From Candidatus Xenobia bacterium (GTDB lineage: Bacteria; Vulcanimicrobiota; Xenobia; Xenobiales; QWHO01), in contig BTUM01000011.1 of the NCBI GenBank assembly GCA_045863235.1, positions 32,001-96,000 on the forward strand: 64,000 nucleotides of DNA, given 5' to 3'. Within the stretch, counting starts at the first letter, position 1, and each line of letters starts with the position of its first letter. A program made the position numbers and the translations under genes. The notes beneath the pieces are model-generated. The model was not told where the DNA came from and did no database searches. It saw only the letters and a list, made by a program, of their open reading frames with translations. Below, in pieces: positions 47,578-58,181 of the stretch.

Positions 47578-48896
47578 TCGGGCGCTTCTTTCGCTGGCGC
47601 CACGCCCGCACGGCCCTGCAGTTGCCGCTCTTCGCCCTGGCGCTGGCGATGATCTGGGACGGTTTGACAGGGCCCCAGCTCGCCCCCAAGAACCTGGCCA
47701 CGGTTCTGTCCTGGCTGCACTTTCGGGGGGTGGCCGTGGCCGTGCTGCTGGTGGCTGGCAACCTGTTCTGCATGGCCTGCCCCTTCATGCTGGTGCGCAA
47801 CCTGGCCCGAAGGTTGGTGAAGCCGGCTCGCTCGTGGCCAGCCGGGCTGCGCAACAAGTACCTGGCGGCCCTGATCCTGGCCGCATACCTGTTCACCTAC
47901 GAATGGCTGAACCTGTGGGAGAGCCCGCGGGCCACGGCCCTGGTGATCGTGTTCTACTTTGCCCTGGCTCTGACCCTGGATAGTCTGTTTCGGGGCGCGC
48001 CCTTCTGCAAGTACGTGTGCCCGTTGGGTCAGTTCAACTTCCTGTCCTCCACCATCTCGCCCCTCGAGGTGGGCGTGCGCGACCTGAGGCGCTGCCACGA
48101 TTGCCAGACCAAGGACTGCATCAAGGGTCGGGGCGACATCCCTGGATGCGAGCTCGGGCTCTTTCAGGAAAAGAAGGTGGGTAATCTCGATTGCACCTTC
48201 TGTCTTGACTGCGTGCAGGCGTGTCCTTATGAGAACGTGGCCGTGCAGATCCGCCTGCCGGCGGCCGAGCTGGCCGACGACTCCTACCGCTCCAGCCTCG
48301 GTCACCTCTCGCGCCGGCCCGACCTGGCTCTGCTGATCGTGGTCTTCACGTTCGGGGCGCTGCTCAACGTCTTCGGCATGATCTCGCCGGCCTACGCCCT
48401 GGCCTCCTGGCTGGGCTGGCGCTCGGACACGGCCTTCCTGATGGCTCTCTTCGCGGCCATGCTCGTGCTCGAGCCGCTCGCGCTGCTGGGGACGGCCGCT
48501 GCCCTCTCGCGCCTGCCTGGCCGCTCGCTGCCGCAGACTGCGGTGCGCTTCATGCCCTGTCTGGTGCCGCTGGCCTTCTCGGTGTGGCTGGCCCACTACT
48601 TCTTCCACTTCCTGACCGGCTTTTGGACCATCGTGCCCCTGGTGGAGCAATTCTTCAGGCCCGAGGTCAATTGGGTCGTGCCGCCACTCCTCTCGGGAGG
48701 CGAGCTGGTACCACTGGAGTATGCCCTGCTCGCGCTGGGGCTGGGGGGCAGCCTCTGGGTGGCCGGCCAGATCGCGCGGGCGGAAGGGCGGCCCCGCGCC
48801 GCCTGGCCCTGGTGGGTGGTGTGTGCCTTGCTGGCGGTGTCGGCGGTGTGGATGCTCTCGCAGCCCATGGAGATGCGGGGCACCTTTCTCTCATGA
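47574..48896 (+). CDS. Membrane polyferredoxin (FesM/NapH-like)
   Basis: FCMACPF, FCKYVCPLG, CHDC....C and CTFCLDCVQACP with multiple TMs. Start uncertain (CTG 47574 or TTG 47622). Confidence 0.82.
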   Translation: MIGRFFRWRHARTALQLPLFALALAMIWDGLTGPQLAPKNLATVLSWLHFRGVAVAVLLVAGNLFCMACPFMLVRNLARRLVKPARSWPAGLRNKYLAALILAAYLFTYEWLNLWESPRATALVIVFYFALALTLDSLFRGAPFCKYVCPLGQFNFLSSTISPLEVGVRDLRRCHDCQTKDCIKGRGDIPGCELGLFQEKKVGNLDCTFCLDCVQACPYENVAVQIRLPAAELADDSYRSSLGHLSRRPDLALLIVVFTFGALLNVFGMISPAYALASWLGWRSDTAFLMALFAAMLVLEPLALLGTAAALSRLPGRSLPQTAVRFMPCLVPLAFSVWLAHYFFHFLTGFWTIVPLVEQFFRPEVNWVVPPLLSGGELVPLEYALLALGLGGSLWVAGQIARAEGRPRAAWPWWVVCALLAVSAVWMLSQPMEMRGTFLS

Positions 48897-49369
48897 GAGC
48901 CCTGCTGCTGTTCTTCTGCCTGCTGCTGCCGGCCGGGGCCCACATGGGGGCACCTTACGTGGTCTTGCTGGACGAGCCGTTCGGAGCCTACCGGGTCACG
49001 GTCTGGTCGGATCCGGACGTGGGCGAGGGCACCTTCTACCTGGTGGCCATGCAGGGCGAGCAGACGGCTGCGCCCCCTCCGGCCCGGCTCTGGGTGAGAG
49101 CCTTGAACGACACGGCCGAATTGGGCCCCTTCGAGACCAGGGCCGAGGAGTGGGGGAGGCGACCGTGCCAGGCCGCCCGGGTTCGATTCGACCGGGAAGG
49201 CGACTGGGAGGTGCGGCTCGAGTCGGAAGGCCACACGGCCCGGTTCCGGGTGCTGGTTACCCCGCCCGGGCCACCCTGGCTGTCGTGGGTGCTGGGATTG
49301 GGCCCGTGCATCCTGCTGGCGGCTCTGTGGGCATGGGGGGCTCGCCGGGCTCAGGCCAGACGTTCCTGA
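48893..49369 (+). CDS. Exported protein with C-terminal membrane anchor
   Basis: ATGA coupling, signal peptide ending AGA-H, VWSDPDVG.G.F and a C-terminal TM. Confidence 0.65.
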   Translation: MRALLLFFCLLLPAGAHMGAPYVVLLDEPFGAYRVTVWSDPDVGEGTFYLVAMQGEQTAAPPPARLWVRALNDTAELGPFETRAEEWGRRPCQAARVRFDREGDWEVRLESEGHTARFRVLVTPPGPPWLSWVLGLGPCILLAALWAWGARRAQARRS

Positions 49370-50591
49370 CCCGCGAAGAGCTCGGCTCGGGAAGGCTCAG
49401 GCGCAGCTGCCGCAGGCGCAGGCCGTCGCCAAAGTCGCAGTCGATCGAGCCGCCCGCCCGGGGCGAAGCCCTCAACTCGGCCACCCGGCGCATGCGCTGG
49501 CGGGGCCTGGCGGGAGCGTTCTCGCTCGCGATCAGGGCCAGCAGCTTGCGGGCCGCCTCGTTGCCAGGCTCTTGCTCGAGGACGCCGTCCAGGCACTCCG
49601 CGGCCTTCTCGGCCTGGCCCTCGGCCTGGTAGGCCCGGGCCGCCGCCAGCCAGTGGGGGAGGGCCTCGCTGGGCTCGCCCAGCCGGGTCAGGGCGTCGGC
49701 CAGGCGGTGGGAGGCCAGCAGATCGCCCGGGCGAAGCTCCAGCCAGCGGCGATAAGCGAGCACCGCCTGGCCCAGCCAGCCGGCCTCGTAGCAGACCGAG
49801 GCCAGCCCGGCCAGGGCGTCGGGATGGTCCAGATCGTGCTGCAGCACCTGGCGGAACTCATAAGCAGCCCTGGCGTGCACCCCCTGGCGAGCGTAGAGCT
49901 GGCCCAGCTTGAGGCGAGCCAGAATCGAGTCGGGAGCCAGCAAGAGCTTGCGTTGGAGCACCTCGATGGCTCGCTCGTCGCGTCCCAGCTCGATCATCCG
50001 GGTGGCGGCGCGGCGCAGGAAGGCCCGGGCTACCTGCACGTGGCCCTCGACCAGGTGCACCTCGGCCAGGGCCAGCACCAGCTCGGGCTCGTCGGGCATG
50101 CGATCGAGCGAGCGACGCAAGAGCTCAAGGGCGCGCTCGGAACGCCCTGACTCGACCGCCTGGCTGGCCAGCTCGCGGGCGTAAAGGATGGCTCGCTCTT
50201 CGTCGCGCAGCTCCAGTGCCAGGGCCAGAGCCGTCTCGCGCAGGTCGACGGCGGTAGGCTCCAGGCGCAGACAAGCTTCCACCACCGCCAGACCCAGCGG
50301 GCTCTTCTGCTCGGCCAGCAGGGCCAGCCAGCGTCGCCCCAGCTGCAGGCGCTCGCGCAGCTTGCCGCGTACCGCCAGAGCCCGGGCCAACTGGTTGAGG
50401 GCCACCCGATGATGGGGTTGGCTCTGCAGGATCTGGCGCGACACCCGTTCTACCTCGGCCCAGCGTCGCTGGCGGACCTGTCCGTCGAGCTCGGTCTCCA
50501 GCAGACCCAGGCTGCTCTCCCGGGGTCGCGTCAGCCCGGCCCGCACTCCCAGGCGGCGGGCGCGCTCGGAGCAGTGTTGAAGAAATTTCAC
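49257..50591 (-). CDS. TPR repeat protein
   Basis: Multiple TPR units such as LKLGQLYARQG....A..EFRQVL..D.DH.DA. Confidence 0.75.
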   Translation of the reverse strand: MKFLQHCSERARRLGVRAGLTRPRESSLGLLETELDGQVRQRRWAEVERVSRQILQSQPHHRVALNQLARALAVRGKLRERLQLGRRWLALLAEQKSPLGLAVVEACLRLEPTAVDLRETALALALELRDEERAILYARELASQAVESGRSERALELLRRSLDRMPDEPELVLALAEVHLVEGHVQVARAFLRRAATRMIELGRDERAIEVLQRKLLLAPDSILARLKLGQLYARQGVHARAAYEFRQVLQHDLDHPDALAGLASVCYEAGWLGQAVLAYRRWLELRPGDLLASHRLADALTRLGEPSEALPHWLAAARAYQAEGQAEKAAECLDGVLEQEPGNEAARKLLALIASENAPARPRQRMRRVAELRASPRAGGSIDCDFGDGLRLRQLRLSLPEPSSSRVRNVWPEPGEPPMPTEPPAGCTGPIPAPTTARVARAG

Positions 50592-50650
50592 CTTCGGCCA
50601 GTTGGACGAACGGGCGGGAAAACCCTGCCGGGTGCTGAAATCATTCCAGC

Positions 50651-51706
50651 ATGCGCCGCCTCCTCGTCCTCCTGGTGCTGGCTCTGCTCCTGCCCGTCGC
50701 TGCCGAGACCACCTATTACCTGCGTCATCGGCCCATCAACGGAGTCCACGATTCGGGCGACCTCTGGGTGGCGGTCAGCGACCTGAGGCGCTATCTGCAC
50801 GACGCCGAGGTGCGTCGGGTCAAGGTGGAGGGGGATCGCGTGCTGGTCGATCAGCGGCCGGTGGGCGGCGTGCGCGAGGAGATGGTGCCTTTCCTGGCCG
50901 TCACCCGGGCTCTGGGCTATCAGCAGCGGCCGAGCCCGGGGCTGGGTTTCATCGACCTGCTCGCGCCCGGCGACTCCTCCACCACGGCCGCCTCGCTGCG
51001 GCGAGGAGACTACCGCACCGCGGCCGACCGGTTGGAGATGGTGCTGGGCACGCTGCCCGAGTATCGCGATCCGGAAATGATGCGTCGGGTCAACACGATC
51101 GGTCAGCGCGTGGTGAAGGCCTCGCCCCTGTCCGAGTTGACCTGGAAGTTCGTGGTGGTGGACTCGGAAGAGCCTAACGCCGCCTGCACGGGCGAGGGGC
51201 ACATCTTTGTCACCCGCGGATTGCTCGATCTCGGCTTCACCGACGACGAGCTGGCCGGCGTTCTCGGCCACGAGATTGCCCACGGGGTGCGTCGCCACTG
51301 TTTCCGCGTGGTGGAGCTGTTTCGTCAATACCTGGTCTTGCTCCGTGACGTGGACCGCTTTAAAGCCAGGGTGGCCGCTGCCCAGCGGGGCGAGTCGACT
51401 CTGGTCAGCGAGGCCAGCTTGGAGAGCGAGCGCAAGTCGCTCGAATCGCGCATGAACGCTCTGGTGGAGCGCATTCGCGACGAGCGGGTCTACGGGCGCC
51501 AGGATGAAGAAGAGGCCGACGTGCTCGGATTGCGTTACGCGGTCACGGCTGGCTACTCGCGCTCGGGCTTGAGCTCCGCCCTGGAGAAGCTGCACAAGTA
51601 TCAATACCAGAATTTCGGCACCGCTGTGCTGGAAGATGACATGACTCATCCGCCCATTCCGCGTCGACTCGAGATTCTGCGACGAGTTCAAGCAGGTTGG
51701 CGCTGA
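50651..51706 (+). CDS. M48 family metallopeptidase
   Basis: Signal peptide, PNA...G.G.IFV..GLL, HEIAH, E.EAD and THP...RR. Confidence 0.88.
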   Translation: MRRLLVLLVLALLLPVAAETTYYLRHRPINGVHDSGDLWVAVSDLRRYLHDAEVRRVKVEGDRVLVDQRPVGGVREEMVPFLAVTRALGYQQRPSPGLGFIDLLAPGDSSTTAASLRRGDYRTAADRLEMVLGTLPEYRDPEMMRRVNTIGQRVVKASPLSELTWKFVVVDSEEPNAACTGEGHIFVTRGLLDLGFTDDELAGVLGHEIAHGVRRHCFRVVELFRQYLVLLRDVDRFKARVAAAQRGESTLVSEASLESERKSLESRMNALVERIRDERVYGRQDEEEADVLGLRYAVTAGYSRSGLSSALEKLHKYQYQNFGTAVLEDDMTHPPIPRRLEILRRVQAGWR

Positions 51707-51748
51707 CGTAGGGAAAGAGCCCCTGAGCTGCGAAGGGGGGGCTTGCCC

Positions 51749-52291
51749 ATGGCCAGTGACCCGAACGAAGAATACGCCGTGATTGCCGCGGCTCTGCGCA
51801 AGCGATTCAAAGACCGCTCGACACGGCCTGCTCTGTCGCCAGAGTTCAGGCCGGCCAGGAATCTTCCTGAAGATCCGATGAGCGAGTTTCGCGATCTGCA
51901 GCGGCGTGGCTTCTTCCGCCGTATGTCGGACAAGACGTTCCAGGACTATGTGGAGAAGAACCGCACCGCTTCTCGGTTCGAGGCGGCTGCCCTGGCCGAG
52001 TTGTCCAGGCTGCCCCTGGTGGGGGAAGGCAATGAGGCCCGACATGGCGTGGTGCGAGTCACCCGGGTCGGCTTCAGCGATGACCAGGCCTTCGTCACCC
52101 TGGAGTATCATTTCGGACCGAGCGAGGAGCACGAGATCGGCTCCTTCCTGTTCCGGCGCCCCGCCCGGGGCACCTTGCGCTACAAGCCGGGTCGGGCCGC
52201 CTGGGTGCCGGTGGAGACCCTGTTCGTTCTCTCTGGCAATCCCGATGAGGCTTCTCGCGAGCCGATCGGGCAGCTCGAGCACCACTCCTGA
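51749..52291 (+). CDS. Hypothetical protein
   Basis: Co-oriented ORF filling the operon; RVGFS....AFV segment. Confidence 0.5.
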   Translation: MASDPNEEYAVIAAALRKRFKDRSTRPALSPEFRPARNLPEDPMSEFRDLQRRGFFRRMSDKTFQDYVEKNRTASRFEAAALAELSRLPLVGEGNEARHGVVRVTRVGFSDDQAFVTLEYHFGPSEEHEIGSFLFRRPARGTLRYKPGRAAWVPVETLFVLSGNPDEASREPIGQLEHHS

Positions 52292-52293
52292 CC

Positions 52294-53430
52294 TTGCGCC
52301 AGCATTTTCCCATCCTCGAGCGGGGGACGTATCTGGCCAGTCATTCCCTGGGAGCTGTTCCCCGCGCCACCGAGGAGGCACTGCGCGAGTACTATCGACT
52401 CTGGGCCGAGCGCGGCATCCTGGCCTGGGACGGCCCCTGGTGGGCGGCCGTGGAGGAATTCTCCAGCCGTATCGAGCGATTGTTGAAGGCCGCGCCCGGC
52501 ACCGTGGTGCCGTTCCCCAATGCCACCCGGGGAATGGCCGCCGTGGCCAGCGCGCTCGACTTCTCGGGCCCGCGCAACAAGGTCATCATGACCGACCTCG
52601 AGTTCACCACCGCCTACCCTTTCTGGCGCAATCAAGAGCACCACGGCGCCCGTATCGTGGTGATCAGCTCGAGCGATGGGGTGAGCGTGCCGCTCGAGCG
52701 CCTGATCGAGGCCCTGGACGAGGAGACCTTGCTGGTCTTCACCAGTCATGTCTACTTTCGCTCCGGCGCGGTGCAGGATCTGGCCGCGCTGGCCCGGGCT
52801 GCGGCCGGCGTGGGCGCCTACTCGATGGGCGACGGCTACCAGGCGGCGGGTACGATCGAGGTCGACCTGGCTGCGCTGGGAGTCGATTTTTACGTCGGGG
52901 GCTGCCACAAATGGCTGTGCGGCGGACCCGGGGCCGGCTATCTCTACTGCCGCCCGGATCGCATCCAGGGCCTGCGTCCTCGGCTGACAGGCTGGTTCGG
53001 GCTCCAGGAGCCTTTCGAGTATGAGCCCGGACACGGGGTGGGCAAGGTGCACGACGGAGTCTACCGCTTCCTGGACGGGACCCCCAATATCCCGGGCCTC
53101 TATGCTGCCCGCGAGGGGCTGAGGCTGGTCGAAGAGGTGGGTCTGGCCCGCATCCGCAGCCACTCCCTGCGGCTGACCGATCGGATCGTCGAGGGGGCTG
53201 ACCGGTTGGGCTTCACGGTGCGCACTCCCCGTGAGCACGCGCAGCGCGGGGGGATGATCTGCCTGGACTTCCCGGGCTCGCGCCAGGCCTGCGATGCCCT
53301 GGTGGCCGCTGGAGTCACGGTGGACTGGAGGCCTGACTGCGGACTGCGGGTCTCGCCACACTTCTACAACGACGAAAGCGACCTCGAGCGCTTCTTCGAG
53401 CTCTTGCCTCAGGGGAGCCTGACCACTTGA
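52294..53430 (+). CDS. Class V PLP enzyme, kynureninase-like
   Basis: YLASHSLG, DGYQAAG, GGCHKWLCGGPG, GWF, GTPNIP and RVSPHFYN. Confidence 0.85.
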   Translation: MRQHFPILERGTYLASHSLGAVPRATEEALREYYRLWAERGILAWDGPWWAAVEEFSSRIERLLKAAPGTVVPFPNATRGMAAVASALDFSGPRNKVIMTDLEFTTAYPFWRNQEHHGARIVVISSSDGVSVPLERLIEALDEETLLVFTSHVYFRSGAVQDLAALARAAAGVGAYSMGDGYQAAGTIEVDLAALGVDFYVGGCHKWLCGGPGAGYLYCRPDRIQGLRPRLTGWFGLQEPFEYEPGHGVGKVHDGVYRFLDGTPNIPGLYAAREGLRLVEEVGLARIRSHSLRLTDRIVEGADRLGFTVRTPREHAQRGGMICLDFPGSRQACDALVAAGVTVDWRPDCGLRVSPHFYNDESDLERFFELLPQGSLTT

Positions 53431-53443
53431 GCTTTCCGCTCGC

Positions 53444-53887
53444 TTATTCGAGGACGGAAGTATGATCGTGCAGGATCTTCCAGCCTGAGTCGGTCTTGAC
53501 CATCACCAGGCTGAAGATCCCTCCCATGCCTGGTTTGTCGGGCTGATCGGGCCATTTGAGGTGCCATCTGCCGATCAGCAAAAGGTGCTTTTCGCCCAGC
53601 GGCTCGATCTTGACGGCTTCGAACCCCAACTGGCCCATGGTTTTCTTGTTGGAGCCGTAGCGGTCGAGGTAGCGCTTGCGGATGGCGTCATACCCCTGCG
53701 TGATCTTGCCGCTGGAGGTGAAGATCAGGTCGTCGGACTCGACGTAGGCCTTCAGGAAGGCCTCCAGATCGCCCCGATTCCAGGCTTGCTGCTGCTCGAG
53801 CAGGACCCCCCAGGCGGGGTGGACCTGGTTGGCCCGGGCGGCGGGGCAGAGGAGTAGGAGCAGGGTCAGAATCGAAAGGGCTCTCAT
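53444..53887 (-). CDS. Secreted NTF2-like (DUF4440/YybH) protein
   Basis: QQ.AWNRGDLEAF and GWKILHDHTS. Confidence 0.85.
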   Translation of the reverse strand: MRALSILTLLLLLCPAARANQVHPAWGVLLEQQQAWNRGDLEAFLKAYVESDDLIFTSSGKITQGYDAIRKRYLDRYGSNKKTMGQLGFEAVKIEPLGEKHLLLIGRWHLKWPDQPDKPGMGGIFSLVMVKTDSGWKILHDHTSVLE

Positions 53888-54623
53888 GGTCGAGGCTGGT
53901 TCGCGGGGCCCCGGGGACAATCCCCCGCACGTTCTGATCACTGCCGGCGCCCCCTGGAAAGGCTCGCTGAAGGCCTTGCTGCCGGTGGCCGGAGAGAACC
54001 TGCTGGATCGGGTGCTGAAGGCTGCCCGAGGCCTGGGGGCGCCTGTGGTGCTGGTGGGCGGGCCTGCGAGCTACGCCGACCGGGTGGAGGTGTGGCTGCC
54101 CGATGCCGGAGGAGGGGCCGAGAACTTCTTGCAGGGTCTGACGAGCGTTCGAGCGGGCTCGGCCTGCCTCTTCTGCGCCTCCGACCTGCCCTTCGTCACC
54201 AGCTCGGCCTTGAGGGACTTCCTGCAGGCTGCCGAGCCGGAGGCGGTGCTCAATTACGGGGTCACCCCGCGCCGGGAGTTCCTGGCCAGCTATCCGGCCG
54301 CCCGGCGGCGTTTCGTGCCTCTGCGCGAGGGCGCCTACACGGGAGCAGGGGTGTTCTTGCTGCAACCGGAGGGAACCCTGGCCATCGCCGAGACCGTGCG
54401 ACGCGTCTTCGCCTCGCGCAAGAACACCCTGCGCATCGCCTGGATGCTGGGCTGGCGCTTTCTCTGGGGGCGCTTGACCGGCTCTTTGACGCTGTCAGGC
54501 CTGGAAGCTCGCGCCAGCGAAGTCACCGGGGTGAGCTGTCGAGCCGTGCCGGCTCCGGCCAGCCTGGCCTACGACGTGGACGACGAGCGCGACTATCGCT
54601 ACGCGCTGGACCTGCTGCGGTAA
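53886..54623 (+). CDS. MobA-like NTP transferase
   Basis: LITAG, KALL.V.G, SDLPF and DVD...D. Confidence 0.8.
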   Translation: MVEAGSRGPGDNPPHVLITAGAPWKGSLKALLPVAGENLLDRVLKAARGLGAPVVLVGGPASYADRVEVWLPDAGGGAENFLQGLTSVRAGSACLFCASDLPFVTSSALRDFLQAAEPEAVLNYGVTPRREFLASYPAARRRFVPLREGAYTGAGVFLLQPEGTLAIAETVRRVFASRKNTLRIAWMLGWRFLWGRLTGSLTLSGLEARASEVTGVSCRAVPAPASLAYDVDDERDYRYALDLLR

Positions 54624-54809
54624 TCAGCGGCGACAGGAGCGGTCGATCATCCTTGGGCCCATCCCCAACCAGGCCCCGCTCAGGGTGCCGGCCAGGAGCC
54701 CGAGTCCGATGACGAGGCTTCCGGCCAAGACTCCCACCGCCACCAGGATGAGCCCGGCGAGCAGCAGCAGCAACTGACCCAGGAGCCTGGTCGAAAGCGT
54801 TGTTGGCAC
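54624..54809 (-). CDS. Small membrane protein
   Basis: AAGGAG RBS before GTG and two hydrophobic helices. Confidence 0.55.
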   Translation of the reverse strand: MPTTLSTRLLGQLLLLLAGLILVAVGVLAGSLVIGLGLLAGTLSGAWLGMGPRMIDRSCRR

Positions 54810-54997
54810 GGCGGACTCCTTTTGAGAACTCGACTTGATGCTCTATCGCGACGGGCGGCTCCCGGGTTAAGGTGTGTTATGTTATCGGGATGTGAGCAAG
54901 TTGTTGACAAATTTTGAACTTGCCCGTCCTGTATGCGTTTGGTCTGTCGAAAAGCGCGCTGAATTCGTGTCCGAATATTCTGCGGGTGCCCGGCTCC

Positions 54998-55046
54998 GAG
55001 GTCCGGCCGCAAACCCCCTGGTGGTGGCGGCCTGCGGCCGGACCTC
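54998..55046. repeat. 14-bp-stem palindrome, member of a dispersed intergenic repeat family
   Basis: GAGGTCCGGCCGCA/TGCGGCCGGACCTC. 54998-55020 is the exact reverse complement of 58238-58260. Confidence 0.7.
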
Positions 55047-55054
55047 TCGTCGGG

Positions 55055-55639
55055 TTACTCGTGACCGGCTTCGACCAGGATTCGGATGTTCACCTCGTCG
55101 CCCAGCACGCTGCCGCCCTTGTCCAGGGCGCGGTTCCAGACCAGACCGAATTCCTTGCGGTCAATGGTGAACTCGGTGCGGAAGCCGATCAGCTCGCTGC
55201 CGGGCTTGGGCCCCGGAGTGGTGCCCAGGATGGTGACCGGAACGGTGATGGCTTTGGTGACCCCGTGGATGGTCAGCTCGCCCACCACGTCAAGCTGTTC
55301 CTTGCCGCGCGGGATGACTTTCTTGCTCACGAACGAGAGCGTGGGGTACTTGTCGACATTGAAGAAGTCGGGGCTGCGCAGGTGGTCGTCGCGCTTGTCG
55401 TTGTCGGTATCGATGCTCTTGGCCTGGATGGTGAAGTTGACCGAGGACGCGGCCGGATTGGCGGCATCGTAGTCGATGTTGCCCACGAACTCGCGGAAGC
55501 GACCCTCCACGTAGCTCACGAAGTGGCGGATGGAAAAGACGACGTTGGAGTGGGCTGAGTCGACCTCGTAGACCTTTGCCAGGGCTGCCTGGGGCAGCAA
55601 CAGAGCCACCGCAAATGCGGTCAAGATTGCTTTCTTCAT
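55055..55639 (-). CDS. yceI: YceI family polyisoprenoid-binding protein
   Basis: Signal peptide, D.AHS.V.F.IRH, SIDT....RD.HLRSPDFF and LTIHGVTK. Confidence 0.92.
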   Translation of the reverse strand: MKKAILTAFAVALLLPQAALAKVYEVDSAHSNVVFSIRHFVSYVEGRFREFVGNIDYDAANPAASSVNFTIQAKSIDTDNDKRDDHLRSPDFFNVDKYPTLSFVSKKVIPRGKEQLDVVGELTIHGVTKAITVPVTILGTTPGPKPGSELIGFRTEFTIDRKEFGLVWNRALDKGGSVLGDEVNIRILVEAGHE

Positions 55640-55751
55640 CGCTTTGTCGACCTTCTTTCCGGGAATATAGTTTAAGGTCAAATCATTTTCGGACCCGGTC
55701 GGGACTTTCCTTCCGGGGGGGATCGGGCCCAAACTTTCAGAAGGCTGGGCG

Positions 55752-57194
55752 ATGCAGCCCGCCGAGTTTCGCCGCCAGGCCCATCTTCTGGCCGACTGGA
55801 TCGCTGATTACCTGGAGGGGTCCGAGCACTACCCGGTGCTCTCTCAGGTCAAGCCCGGGGCCATCCGGGCCCAGTTGCCCACGGCCCCACCTGCCACCGG
55901 CGAGCCCATGGGGGCCATCTGGGAAGACTTCCAGCGCATCCTCATGCCCGGTCTGACCCACTGGAACCATCCCGCCTTCTTTGCCTACTTCTCCATCAGC
56001 GCCAGTCCACCGGGGGTGCTGGCCGAGTTCCTGTCGGCGGCGCTCAACCAGCAGGCCATGCTCTGGCGCACCTCTCCGGCCGCCACCGAGCTCGAGCAGG
56101 TCACTCTGGGTTGGCTGCGCGACCTGATCGGCCTGCCCGAGCCTTTTGAGGGCGTCATCTATGACACTGCCTCCATCTCCACCCTGCACGCCCTGGCCGC
56201 AGCCCGCGAGCGGCTGAGCCGCGACATCCGAGTCAGAGGGCTGTCAGGCCAGCCTCCCATCACGGTTTACTGCAGCCAGGACACCCACTCCTCGGTGGAC
56301 AAAGCTGTGATCCTGCTCGGGCTCGGGCACGAGTGGCTGCGCAAGATCCCCACCGACGAGAGCTTCCGGATGAGGCCCGAATTGCTGCAGGAGGCGATCG
56401 ACCGGGACAAAGCCGCGGGCTGTCTGCCCATGGCCGTGGTGGCCACGGCCGGCACCACCTCGACGAGCAGCGTGGACCCCATCGCGGCTGTGGCCGACAT
56501 CTCCCAGCGCGAGGGATTGTGGCTGCACGTGGACGCCGCTTATGCCGGCCCGGCCGCCATTTGCCCCGAGTACCGTTGGATTCTGGAAGGGGCCGAGCGG
56601 GCCGACTCGCTCACGCTCAATCCCCACAAGTGGTTGTTCGTGCCTTTCGACCTCAGCGTGCTCTACGTACGCGACCTGCACACATTGAAGGCGGCCTTCT
56701 CGCTCATCCCCGAGTACCTGCGCACCGAGGAGGAGACGCTCAATTTGATGGACACGGGAATCCAGCTCGGACGACGATTTCGCAGCTTGAAGCTGTGGTT
56801 CATCATGCGCAGCTACGGGGTGGAAGGTCTGCAGGCCATGATCCGCCAGGCCTGCGAGCTGGCCCGCCATTTCGCCCGGCGTGTGGAGGAGCATCCCCAC
56901 TTCGAGCTGCTGGCACCGGTGCCGCTCAGCCTGGTCTGCTTTCGCGCCTGTCCGCCCGGTGTCGAGGATCTGGATACCCTCAACGAGGAGCTGATGCAGA
57001 CCCTGAACGCCAGCGGGGAGGCGTTTTTGTCCCATACCCGTCTGGGGGGCAAGCTGGCCCTGCGCCTGGCCGTGGGTCACATGGGCACGCGTCACCAGCA
57101 CGTCGACCGGGTCTTCGAGCTGCTGGAGGGATATCTGGCTGCGAGAGGAAATTCGGGGTCGCACTCAACCCAGCAAAGGAGCTTGTCTCAGTGA
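55752..57194 (+). CDS. Aromatic-L-amino-acid decarboxylase (group II PLP)
   Basis: [36 protein letters not shown] and [11 protein letters not shown]. Confidence 0.92.
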   Translation: MQPAEFRRQAHLLADWIADYLEGSEHYPVLSQVKPGAIRAQLPTAPPATGEPMGAIWEDFQRILMPGLTHWNHPAFFAYFSISASPPGVLAEFLSAALNQQAMLWRTSPAATELEQVTLGWLRDLIGLPEPFEGVIYDTASISTLHALAAARERLSRDIRVRGLSGQPPITVYCSQDTHSSVDKAVILLGLGHEWLRKIPTDESFRMRPELLQEAIDRDKAAGCLPMAVVATAGTTSTSSVDPIAAVADISQREGLWLHVDAAYAGPAAICPEYRWILEGAERADSLTLNPHKWLFVPFDLSVLYVRDLHTLKAAFSLIPEYLRTEEETLNLMDTGIQLGRRFRSLKLWFIMRSYGVEGLQAMIRQACELARHFARRVEEHPHFELLAPVPLSLVCFRACPPGVEDLDTLNEELMQTLNASGEAFLSHTRLGGKLALRLAVGHMGTRHQHVDRVFELLEGYLAARGNSGSHSTQQRSLSQ

Positions 57195-58177
57195 AAGCAC
57201 CGGTCCGTGTCACCGTTACCGGCGCCGCCGGCCAGATCGGCTACGCCATCTTATTCCGCATCGCCAGCGGAGCCATGCTCGGCCAAGACCAGCCGGTCAT
57301 CCTGCAGCTCCTGGAGATCACCCCGGCCCTCAAGGCCCTCCAGGGCGTGGTCATGGAGCTTGACGACTGCGCTTTCCCGCTGCTGCACGGCGTGGTCACC
57401 ACCGACGACCCCAACGTCGCTTTCGCCGATGCCGATTATGCCATTCTCGTGGGAGGGATCCCCCGTAAACCCGGCATGGAGCGCTCGGACTTGCTGGCCG
57501 CCAACGGAGGCATCTTCGGGCCCCAGGGGCAGGCCCTCTCCAACCACGCTCGCAAGACCGTGAAGGTCCTGGTGGTGGGCAACCCGGCCAACACCAACTG
57601 CCTGATCGCCTATTCCAATGCTCCCAACCTCTCGCCCCGCCAGTTCACCGCCATGATGCGGCTGGACCACAACCGGGCTATCTCCCAACTGGGCCAGAAG
57701 CTGGGCAAGCCGGTCACGGCCATCAAGAAGATGACCATCTGGGGCAACCACAGCACCACCCAGTATCCCGACCTCTTCCACTGCGAAGTGGAAGGCAAGC
57801 AGGCGGCCGCCCTGGTCAACGACCAGGAGTGGATCGAGAAGACCTTCATTCCCAAAGTTGCCAAGCGCGGCGCCGAAGTGCTGGAGGCCCGGGGCTTCTC
57901 CTCGGCCGCTTCGGCTGCGAACGCCGCCATCGATCACATGCGCAACTGGGCCCTGGGCACCCCCGAGGGGGACTGGGTCAGCGTGGCCCTGCCCTCCGAC
58001 GGAAGCTACGGGATCCAGGAGGGTCTGGTCTACGGCTTCCCCTGCGTGTGCAAGGACGGCGAGTTCTCCATTGTCCAGGGGCTGGAGATCGACGACTTCT
58101 CCCGAGCCAGGATGAAGGCGACCGAGAAGGAGCTCGCTGAGGAGCGCGCCGCGGTCAAGGAGCTGGTGCTGATCTAG
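57191..58177 (+). CDS. mdh: Malate dehydrogenase
   Basis: [37 protein letters not shown] and IWGNHS. AAGGAG RBS before GTG. Confidence 0.97.
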   Translation: MKAPVRVTVTGAAGQIGYAILFRIASGAMLGQDQPVILQLLEITPALKALQGVVMELDDCAFPLLHGVVTTDDPNVAFADADYAILVGGIPRKPGMERSDLLAANGGIFGPQGQALSNHARKTVKVLVVGNPANTNCLIAYSNAPNLSPRQFTAMMRLDHNRAISQLGQKLGKPVTAIKKMTIWGNHSTTQYPDLFHCEVEGKQAAALVNDQEWIEKTFIPKVAKRGAEVLEARGFSSAASAANAAIDHMRNWALGTPEGDWVSVALPSDGSYGIQEGLVYGFPCVCKDGEFSIVQGLEIDDFSRARMKATEKELAEERAAVKELVLI

Positions 58178-58181
58178 AAGC

